In this document: positions 54,529-64,000 of the stretch, one piece after another
Numbering within the stretch: position 1 is the stretch's first letter
Layout of the letters: each line of letters begins with the position of its first letter
Origin: Leucoraja ocellata
Taxonomy: Eukaryota
Direction: 5' to 3'
Length of the DNA: 64,000 nucleotides
NCBI GenBank assembly: GCA_036785375.1
Contig: JAWMAR010000034.1
Location: 372,001-436,000, forward strand
Program-made: the position numbers and the translations under genes
Notes under the pieces: generated by a model
Seen by the model: the letters and a program-made list of their open reading frames with translations, nothing else
What the model was told of the DNA's origin: nothing
The model's database searches: none

Positions 54529-56569
54529 TTCGGTTCATGGTTCAGTTCAGTTTATGCATTTTCCATTTCAGTGATAGTTGGTGAAACACTTGATGCAGAA
54601 TTAACCAGGATTCTACTGTTACTTGGGGAGAGCAGGGAGTGCAACAGCAGGATCTGAGAAAAAGCAAATATGGAGGAAATTTATAGACCATGCGAGAAGA
54701 AATAAAATGAGAAAAATGGAAGAGATGAGAGAGCAAACTTAGCTACTTTGATAAGTTGCAGAAAGTGCAAACAACTAAGTGAGGGCATCACAGTGTTACC
54801 GATGCAAATAAGAAACTTGAAAATGTTCTTTAGCCACTTGTCTGCTAGCAATCAATCATCATTCTCTGTCTTTATTCCATAACCCTCATTGCAAAATGGC
54901 TGGTTCTGTAGAAAAATACTTCAGTGGACATGAAAATACCAGTAGCGCCCGCAGTGTAACCTCAGTTTTCCTCTCCACAGATGCTACCTGGCATGTCGAG
55001 TGCCTCCAGCATTTATTCTAGTAGTCTTTTGTCCACTAGCTTGAGGCCGCCTCTATACATAAATTCCCAAATCACTCGCTCTTCGACAGGTTCTTATTTT
55101 TGGATTAGAAGAGAACAAAACGAGACAAATAGTCCAAAAAAAATGGATAGTCATGAAAAACAAAGGAAAGCAGGTAATAGGAAGAGATGGAAGATAAATG
55201 AAACAAATTACCAAAGATTATAAAACTAAATGCAAAATTAAAAAATGCATATTTCAGAATAGTGAAAATCATTCAATTTTTATTTTATGAGATGTCGTCT
55301 AGTGTGGTTTCTTCCCCCACTCCTCCCATTGCAGCCCCACCTTGTCTGGAATATTCTATCTCTTGCGTCTTGAAAATACATGTAATTACTCTGCCTTTCT
55401 ACCAAATCTTACTCCAGGCAACTCTCACATTAAAATTGTTAGAAGTGAATCATTTATTATAAACCACACTGCCATAATCAACATACACCATGTTGAAGTA
55501 AAGGCTATTTTGTGTTACTGGAAAAGATAATTACATTTGCTCATCAAGAAAAGGATTCAAATCTCGATGCTCCTGCAAATCAAAGGAAGTGGAATAACAT
55601 GGAACGAGTGATCAACAATTGGCATGGACCCAATTAGCCGAAGGGTCTGTTTCTTCAATGGTATGAATTAGTAACTCTGTTAGAAATGGCAGTTCATGGG
55701 GTAATGATACAGTGGGGTGGTGGGAGTGGGCTAAATGAAGAAGCAAAAGCATGTAATGCAAAGCCCCCTCACAGGTCACATCCAATTTTTCAAGAGCGGC
55801 AAACTGCAATTTATCCCATTACTCCAAAGGGCTTATCAACCGTTCCCAAATGCAGTGACTTGTAGAACTTGTTACCAGTCTCCACAACAAACTTTCAAGA
55901 GGCAAGAACGTTTAATTATCATACGTGCCAAAGCAGGATAACATTCTTAAGGTTTGCTGGACATTCAACCACCAGAAAGTACCAAATCACAGGAACAAAC
56001 AAACCATCCCACCTCTGTCGTTGTGATTTATTTTACCTTGTTCACAAATACTCTCCACATCAACTGCATGGACTAAACCTGGAGAAATCTATTTGAAACT
56101 CAGAATATCCTGAGATTTAAAATTTAGTTAACCAAGCAAAATTTGAATAAAGAAGCAAAATTAGCTGTGCTAGTCATAAAACTGTCAGATTATATGAAGA
56201 CGCAGTGCTTCTGCTTTCCTTACTCAGTAAGAATTATCCGTGAATGCGATCCGCACTAATGCGGTTCATTCACCTGTCTTTTCAAAAGGGCCTAACAGTT
56301 GTTTAAGAAGGAACTGCAGATGCTGGAAAATCGTGTATCAAGTCACAACAAGAATAAAACAGGTAACCTACTGGCCATTGCACCTTAATTCTCAAATACG
56401 ATAAAAGCACTCGCAGCACAGGCAACATCGAAAACCTCTCTCCACCAACAACGAATAACATGCCAAGACTGCAGAAACAGGCCCATGGCCTCAATAACCT
56501 GCTGCAGGATACAGGGAAAGAGACAGGACGATTTGTTTCCCTTATTTGAGGAAAAGTAGAGTTGAGTTT

Positions 56570-57029
56570 ATCATAGAACAGTACACAACACAGGAACAGC
56601 CATTTGTCCCATGATATCTATGCCAACCATGATGCCAAGTTAAACTAAACTTGCCACATCTGCCTGCACATGATCCATATCCCTGCCCCCTCTGCATGCT
56701 CATGTGCCTGACTGAACATCACTGAAATATATTAGATCTCCCCTCAGCTTCCAACACTCCACAGAAAACAATCCCTGTGTGTCCAACTTCTCCTTTCAGT
56801 AATATTAGTCATTAGTTTATTGTCACATGTGCTGAGGTATAGTGAAAAGCATTTGTTGCGTGTTCAGCAGTCAGCGGAAAGATAATACATTAAATGAAAA
56901 TGCATCAATACATTATTCGCTAATCAAGGCAACATCCTTGTGAATCTCTTCTGCACCCTCTCAAGCCTCCACATCCTTCTTGTAATGGGGCAACCAATCT
57001 GGCCAAACCAAACTTTTATACAGCTACGA
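56570..57029 (-). mobile_element. CR1 LINE 3' part (continues at about 58528-58600 after nested insertions)
   Basis: Reverse CR1 tail; gtgaatctcttctgcaccctctc...cttttatacagc then resumes cttcctgattcttaaactcaat. Confidence 0.72.
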
Positions 57030-58328
57030 TAAGCGAGTTCGTTATTCCGACTAGGCATGCCCAGGTAACTTGTCATAAACATTGTTGGTAGCTGAGCAGC
57101 TAAACCTTCGTTTCATCCGTATTTTCCAGCTTTGATTCTTTTAGGTAAGAAAAATACTGCTTTCAAACTATGAATTAGTTGTATTCATTGTTCCTTTGTA
57201 CAAAGCTACAATGATTTTGTCATTTTTATTATTTTATGCTTCAGTGAGTGAGCGAGATCACGCTGCAGCGTGGGGTCGAGGTTCGGCCTGGGTCTCCGGC
57301 GCTGTTGAGTTGCTGCTGGGCCGTCCCCATCCCCTCCCGGGTGTCCCGTCCCTGTCCAGGTGCGGCCGGAGGTGTCCAGGGTGGCCCTTGGCTGGCGGGG
57401 GCTGGCTCCAGCTGGGCTCTGCTCTGACTCCCTGGGGCCCTGTTTCCTGGAGGGCCATGGACCATCGGCTGCGCCTCTCTCCTTGTCCAGTGGCTGTCAG
57501 TTAACCCCCTCGGTGCCGGCGAAAGCCGAGCACCAGTCATCAATGGGAATACACACAAAATGCTGGGGTAACTCAGCGGGACAGGCAGCATCTTCGGAGA
57601 AAAAGAATAGGTGACGTTTCGATCGAGACACTTCTCCGGAGATGTTGCCTGACCCGCTGAGTTACTGCAGCATTTTGTGTGTATCCCCGTTGATGAATGA
57701 ATGGTGCTCGGCATTCGCTGGCACTGAGGGTGTTAACCGACAGCCACTGGACAAGGCGAGAGGTGCAGCTGAAGGTCCCCGCCCCGTCGGGGAACGGGTT
57801 CCTCTGGAGTTGGAGCCGAGCCGAGCTGGAGTTGGCGAATCTTCTCCACGCTGGCTGCAAGGCTGGGGTCGCCACTGCTCCGGGCCAGTATCCTGTCAGT
57901 CCAGGGTCACCTCGGACACCTCCGGCCGCCCCGACAGGGATGGGACACTCGGGAGGGGAAGGAGACCGCTCACAAATCTGCGTCCTGGGGTTGTGCAGGA
58001 GAGGGGTGCGTGGTTTGCCCCTGTATAATAACCCTGTATAACCCAGGAGGGCAGCCAGAGTGAGAATGGAACTCATGCACCCAGGCTGAGGGGGACCGAA
58101 CTGTGATTCATTAGATTGTCACTGCTGAGATTTCTGCATGGACCAGTGGACAAGGGAGAAATAGTGTCGCTCACTCCAGTAGCAATTCAACAGCGCTTGC
58201 AGTGCCGTTCAATCCTGACTACGGATGAAACGCAGGTCTGTACACACACAGCAGCTCAGCTGCAACAAATGTGTTTCTCGAGTGACCTATGATCTGAGCA
58301 TGCGCAGTCGGAAGACCAAACTCGCTTA
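57030..58328. mobile_element. Unclassified non-autonomous foldback DNA element (1299 bp), about 100-bp TIRs, 5-bp TSD TACGA
   Basis: TIRs 57030-57121 / 58220-58328 (start TAAGCGAGTT; 29 of the first 35 nt match); tacga at 57025-57029 and 58329-58333; internal inverted repeat of about 630 bp. Confidence 0.8.
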
Positions 58329-58333
58329 TACGA

Positions 58334-58515
58334 GCCCTCGAGCTGTCTCCTCCCCTCCCCCAGCCCTCGGGCTCCTCCTCCCCTTTTTTTCTCTTCCTTC
58401 TCCCTGCCACCCCCTATCAGTCTGAAGAAGGGTTTCGGCCCGAAACGTCACCCATTTCCTTCGCTCCATAGATGCTGCTGCACCCGCTGAGTTTCTCCAG
58501 CATTTTTGTGTACCT
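58334..58515 (+). mobile_element. PLE terminal-repeat insertion with 12-bp TSD
   Basis: tcgcttatacga at 58322-58333 and 58516-58527; intact CTGAAGA-A-GGGT(TTCG)GCCC-GAAACGTC. Confidence 0.85.
58419..58453 (+). ncRNA. Putative minimal type I hammerhead ribozyme motif (PLE-associated)
   Basis: CUGAAGA core, extra A, helix II GGGU/GCCC closed by UUCG, GAAA, palindromic ACGU minimal helix III, GUC site; helix I only about 2 bp. Confidence 0.55.
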
Positions 58516-58751
58516 TCGCTTATACGACTTCCTGATTCTTAAACTCAATACCCCGACCAATATATGGCAAGCATGCTATGTGTTTTTTAATGACACTATC
58601 TAGAGATTGTGGCCAAAGGGCCAGCTCCTGTGAGATACCATTTTATGTCTATGATAATATGTACGTAATCATACCTGCCAGTGATGCTAATCTTCAATCA
58701 ATTCTAATCACCACACAATCTAAAGTGAGGCTAAACACAATACAGCAGGGC

Positions 58752-58900
58752 TCTAAAGATGTTCAGGTTTGTAGGTTAATTGGCTTGATATAATTGTAAA
58801 TAGTCCCTAGTGCGTACGATAGCGTTAGTGTGCGCAGATCACTGGCTGATGTGGACTTGGTGGGCTGAGGGGTCGATTTCTGCGCTGCATCTCAAACTAA
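58752..58900 (+). mobile_element. V-SINE-like 3' fragment
   Basis: caggtttgtaggttaattggctt...gtggacttggtgggctgagggg...ctcaaactaaa. Confidence 0.68.
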
Positions 58901-59774
58901 AGACTTTGGATACCAATAGCACACTGAAGTGTTGAAGGCGTACTCCAGAACTTGTCCACAGCCAAGCTGTTCCACTAAAACTACAATGCTAGCATCTATT
59001 TGACAGTGACAAACAGTACAGTTTTGTCCTTTCCACTGAAGGCAGGATATATTTAAATGAATCAATTACTGCCCCTGATAGTTTACTATCAATCATCAAT
59101 AATGACAGTATCCATTTACTCACAAATAACCCAGCTTGGGATTGCATCAGAATCATTCAGCTCTGGGGCTCATTACAATTTATGTCTAAGTGTGGAAGAG
59201 AGTTGAATTATATAGATGAGCAGAGAATAGCTGACTTTGATATCATTGCAGTATTAAACACACTGCTGTGCAACAGCCCGAGTAAAATTGAAGTTAGAGT
59301 AGGAAAACTTAGAACAAAATGGTTGTTTCCTGGAGATTAATCATCTTGGCCTCAAGTGCATTGCTGTACCATACCCAATCAGTGCTAATTATTGATCAGT
59401 TTTCAGTTCTAACCTTAGATATTCTAGCAACAACAACTGGGGTAACATTTGAATCTGGCTTAATAAGGCAATGGGCAGAAACAATCTAACCAGGTTCTCT
59501 TGGTACTTCACATCATGAACATTGTCAAATCCCAACCTTCAACAGTTGAAAGTCACAATTATAAGTGGCCCAGACTCAAATGCTGTGCCTATCAAAATAA
59601 TTCCATGGATAAATACTCTGGCATCTTCTATTATACAGCCTAGCTCGCCTATTGACTCCTCAAATCCTAACAATCCACTACATAATACATTCAGGAATAT
59701 CATTTACTGTAGCTATAACACTTGAGAAGCTCGACATCCAAAGGACAATGTATGATCAACACCTGCCTCGTAGG

Positions 59775-60112
59775 CCCCCCCCTTGGTCATGACTGACAAT
59801 GGGTGATGCATCCTAGTTGTTGGCTGCTTGCTCCAAACCTCAGTTAGAGCAGTGTCACTTGTGGCTGAAGAGACCAATGCAGGAGTGACAGTCTGTCGCA
59901 AAGGTCACATTTGTGTGTGGTCTCTGGTTAGTTGAAGTTGCTGCGCTCCTTTCTGCGTGCCCGCTTGTCTGCCGCTGCGTTCAACAGTTTCTCTTCCCCC
60001 GTTTTGCGATGTTGGTTCAGGGTAACTCTCCACCTCATGCGGTCAGCTGCAAGGTTCTCCCAGGACTCCATATCAATGTCGCACGCCTTCATATCTCTCT
60101 TGCAGACATCCT
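59775..60112 (-). mobile_element. RTE (BovB-like) LINE 3' end
   Basis: Reverse translation DVCKRDMKACDIDMESWENLAADRMRWR...ADKRARRKE, followed by a Cys/His-rich CHSCIGLFSH segment. Confidence 0.8.
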
Positions 60113-61327
60113 GCCTACCATCTTAAATATTCACCCTCGTCTACACCAGAACACTAGGTACAATCACGTCAGCCATTTGCAAAGATTTCTATGGGAGATA
60201 CCCAAAATCTGCAAATCTACCACCGAGATGAACAGCAACCACATGGGATCATCACCAATTGCATGTCTATCTCCAGGTATATCACGATGATGCCTTGGAA
60301 ATGTGCATTAATTGGTCAAAATAGTAGAACGATGGTAATCTATTCAATACTTGATTGCAGCAGCTCGACAGCAATTTGTCATCCCAATTTGACTGTCTCT
60401 TAACTTGCTCAATCACTCCTTCACTTCAATAATATAGGGATCAATCAATGAGTCCCAGATAATTGTAGCTCAAAGAAATCGAAGGGCTGTGCGAGAGAAA
60501 GTGAAGAAAGATAGTATTTCAGTGCTTAGATACAAGAGAACGAGAGGATGATCGGGGTCAGTGAGCAGGGAAGATTGGGAAGTAACTGAATGGATGGTTT
60601 GACATTAGTAACAAAACTTCTCTGATTTCCCAGTTGTTATTACAGACAAGGTGGAAGGAGCAAGGGAGCAATGGAGAAGGAGCAGTGAAGAAGCTGTGGG
60701 ATAATCTGTCAAGTTACTGTCCATCTTGCTTATGCAGTCTATAATCTTCTACTAATTAAAATCCTTCTGCTCAAATACATGCTTCCTCATTGTTCAACAG
60801 TTAATTGTATCAACCAACAAACAGCCTGAAACTTAGTTTAATAGTTTATTTAATAAAAAAGACAGAATGTCTCGAAGAGGCAGACATAGATACAGAAAAG
60901 GCAAGAAAAACGAGAAGAGATAAATACAGGCCGCTATGTTTATAATGTGATATTGAAAACAATTGTTCACATATTTATAAGTTGCTATGATATGGGAAAA
61001 TACAGGCAGGTTCTTGGTTAAGAAAAAAAGCTAATCATTGCTTCCCTGCCACTGAACAAAACATTTGGAAACCTCTTTCCAAATTCAGTAACTATAATTA
61101 CCCACCCCAGCAAACCCCTCCCACTCACAATGCATGTCCACTAACCTCTCTACCTCTCTCCCTAATACACACAAATAAACTGGCACAACATAAAATCACA
61201 GTTCTGTCCCCAAGGTTATTAGATAAACAATCACAAATGAACACGCTCTCTCAAGAAATGCGGATGAAGGAATTGACATCTGTCCAGATTTTAAATAAGT
61301 TTCCCGCAAAACCTGACTGAGAGTCAA

Positions 61328-61457
61328 TGTGTAGGAGGGAACGGCAGATGCTGGTTTAGACTGAGGATAGACACAAAATTCTGGAGTAACTCAGCGGGAC
61401 AGGCAGCATCTCTGGATAGAATGAATGGGTGATATTTCTGGTCGAGACCCTTCTTCA
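61328..61457 (-). mobile_element. PLE terminal repeat
   Basis: gaacggcagatgctggtttag...ggagtaactcagcgggacaggcagcatc...gacccttcttca. Confidence 0.75.
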
Positions 61458-61599
61458 ATGCTTAGTTTACTGACTGTTTTGCAAAGCACCTGCACTATTT
61501 TCCATAGGGATAACTGGGCTTCCTGTTGCCCACCAGGTAACACTACATCCCAATCACACTTCAATTTATCTGTGATCTCCTGTACTGTTATAACAAAGC

Positions 61600-61793
61600 C
61601 TAAACCAAAGCTAATTAACCTACGCACTCTTACGTCTTTTTGAGATGCGGGAGAAAACCGGAGCATCCGGAGAAAATCCACACGGTCACAGGGAGAACGA
61701 GCAAACTTCATTCCGACAACCCAAGTTAAAGATCGAACCCAGGTCTCTGGAGCTGCAAGGCAGCTGTTCCACCAGCTTCGCCACTGTGCCGCC
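61600..61793 (-). mobile_element. V-SINE-like 5' part
   Basis: aaaccggagcatccggagaaaatccacacggtcacagggagaacg...gatcgaacccagg...gccactgtgccgcc. Confidence 0.78.
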
Positions 61794-62427
61794 CTTGCAT
61801 CAGCTTTAAGGAGGCTTACAAGCTATAATATTAACCAATGGATCAACAAGAGAACTATTCTCAGTATAGGCAAATGTCAAACAGGGCTCTGCCAATGCAC
61901 GAACACTTTCTCAATCTGCTTACTGCAATGCCTTGTCTGACCTCCAAATTTCCAGCGGGTATGAAGTTAATCATCAGAACTAATAAGAAGATATTCACAA
62001 ACAAACAAAGCAATGGTAGACAATGCAGTAAAGAGCTCGTACATATTCTAATGCTGTGTGTTCTGAACCCTACTGCTGCTAATCTGAAAATGTGGTTCCT
62101 CATCATTAGCTCCAAAGTGAATAGAAATGGTTATTATTGTCCAAAAATATTTGGATCAACAACTTCTATTGTTGCTAATATATAGGACCCAATTCGATTG
62201 ATACATCTTTACTATTCTCATCCAACTCTCTTTATTGCTGGACCCCATATTAATATTGTACTCATTAAAATAGCACCACTGCAATGCGAAAGTTATACCT
62301 TTCTTAACATTATAATCCTACTTGCACTTGTGTCAATCATTGGCAAATATTTGTTCCCGATGTTAGCACTAAAGAAGAGTTCAGAAACTGCTTTGCATAG
62401 TAGAAGTAGCAGAACTATAACACAAGG

Positions 62428-62572
62428 ATAGACACAAAAAGCTGGAGTAACTCAGCGGGACAGGCAGCATATCTGGAAAGAAGGAAATGGATGACGTTTT
62501 GGGTCGAGGCCCTTCTTCAGACTGAGAGCCTGGGGAGGGGGAAACTAGGGATATGGAAGGGCAAGGTGTGAA
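62428..62572 (-). mobile_element. PLE terminal repeat
   Basis: gacacaaaaagctggagtaactcagcggg...gggtcgaggcccttcttcagactga. Confidence 0.75.
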
Positions 62573-63200
62573 AAGGCACACAATCTGAAAATTTAATCAG
62601 GAGTGGAAAACACAAGGAAGTCAATCAGGGAGGGGATTAACCAACAAATCTCTATGCTATTATTCCTTTGGTGACAAGCCCAGCAAGGAGCAGAGATACG
62701 AAAAAATAGGTGCTAGCTTCAGCAAAGGCAGATCCATCCTGTGGAAAACAGTACTGTGGTTAGCAACGGTCCAATTGGCAGGGTACAAAATAAACCTACA
62801 GAGAAAGAGATAGATCGGTGCTTAAATACAGCATCTGAAGCGGCTCTAATTAAAATGGACCAAAAACATGTACCAATTTTCAGGCAGACAGAAACACAGA
62901 CAGCCAACAAGGTCTGCTTTTGCTAGGAGGGTAATCTCAACTCTAATATCCAGTCTGTAACCCTGCATTGCAGCAATATCACGCCCAAATGAAAACCATT
63001 CATTTAACTAGGCAGCGACCTTCACAGCCTCACTGCACCACTTCACAACCTCGTGGATTCATCAAATCACAGGGATTGCATCCTTGGTTACAATTGGTAA
63101 ATAACACACTGCAAATGTAAACTAAAATAAGAATGGACCAAAATGTGCACACATTAACCCCCATTCACTGACATGGTGGCATTCACTTTTTGCTTCTTAA

Positions 63201-63792
63201 GGGCCTGTCCCACTTAGGCGATTTTTTAGGCGACTGCCTGTGACGAGGCTGCCCCCACACGGTCGCCGGGGTGCCGCCTGTATGGTCGTGAGTAGTCTCC
63301 TAAGTCGTCCAAAGAGTCGTATCGTTTTTCTGGTCGCCGCTGGATTTTGAAATGTTCAAAACTTTTCAGCGTCAGTCGGCGACCGTGGGCTTATCGTAGC
63401 TTGTCTACTCCTGACATAAGTGCTGACGTTGGGTGTCGCCAGGATGACGCAGGTTGTCACCAGGTTACGTAGGTTGTTGCCGGTGCTGACCGGTGAATTC
63501 CATTGGCGACTACCTACGTCAGCAGGTACCGCCGACTGAATTGTCTTAAGTTGTCGCCGACAGGGCCGTAGCTTGTCGCGGGTGGATGTAGGTTGTCGTA
63601 GGTAGACGTCCTAATGGGTCATTAATAGTCGGTAGCTTGCCGCAGCTTGACGTCGACTAGCTGGTAGGTTATTGTAGACATTGTCGTAGATATTGTTGGA
63701 GGGGGGGGGGGGGGGGTCCAGTCCCCATTTTTTCGGTGACCTGCTACGACTATGACAGTCGCCAAAAAAAATCACCTCAGTGGGACAGGCCC
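63201..63792. mobile_element. MITE (592 bp) with GGGCCTGTCCCACT TIRs flanked by TTAA (Harbinger- or Kolobok-like; unresolved)
   Basis: ttaa|GGGCCTGTCCCACTTAGGCGATTTTTT ... AAAAAAATCACCTCAGTGGGACAGGCCC|ttaa; interior rich in GTCGCC/GTAGGT motifs. Confidence 0.85.
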
Positions 63793-64000
63793 TTAATTCT
63801 AACAAATCTGCTTCTGTAGCAACAATTTGCAACAACTCGGGGCCTACAAATCCAGTCCTCCCCATAGAATCTCAAAATATTTATACTCTCTAAAGTAAAC
63901 AAGGGCACCAGAATAATGCAGGGCTCTCTTTTTTGGCAGACCAGCCTGTATTCTTGCACAACAACAATATCAGAACGGACCCGCAAGTTTTTCTCACCTC

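Noticed and set aside
57196-58076. Several overlapping 100-167 aa ORFs on both strands
   Set aside because: They result from a GC-rich palindromic repeat; no recognisable domain or splice structure.
3979-62572. Recurrent ~100-bp repeats as a CRISPR-like array
   Set aside because: They are dispersed, in both orientations, with no regular spacers, in eukaryotic DNA; they are PLE-derived.

Overview
Eukaryotic (vertebrate) genomic DNA. The repeat complement (HE1/V-SINE-like SINEs, CR1 and Rex/Babar LINEs, abundant Penelope-derived short elements) suggests a cartilaginous fish, probably a skate or ray; this is an inference. The window is dominated by one minus-strand multi-exon gene encoding an RH-RhoGEF with PDZ, RH(RGS-like), DH and PH domains, most similar to ARHGEF12/LARG. 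I traced 36 internal coding exons by hand from 50235 down to 907. All have GT-AG boundaries and are phase-compatible, totalling 3632 nt (about 1210 codons). The first exon and the C-terminal exons appear to lie outside the window. The introns are rich in transposon debris. Most notable are: (i) Penelope-like element (PLE) terminal repeats carrying a minimal hammerhead-ribozyme-like core, several arranged as head-to-head palindromes; (ii) an unclassified 1.3-kb foldback DNA element with about 100-bp TIRs and a 5-bp TSD, nested in a CR1; (iii) a 1.1-kb hAT element with nested internal palindromes inserted next to a splice donor; (iv) MITE, Tc1, RTE and Vingi-like remnants. Most six-frame ORFs are spurious or are TE fragments. 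Exon coordinates were read by hand; repeat boundaries are approximate unless a TSD is given.
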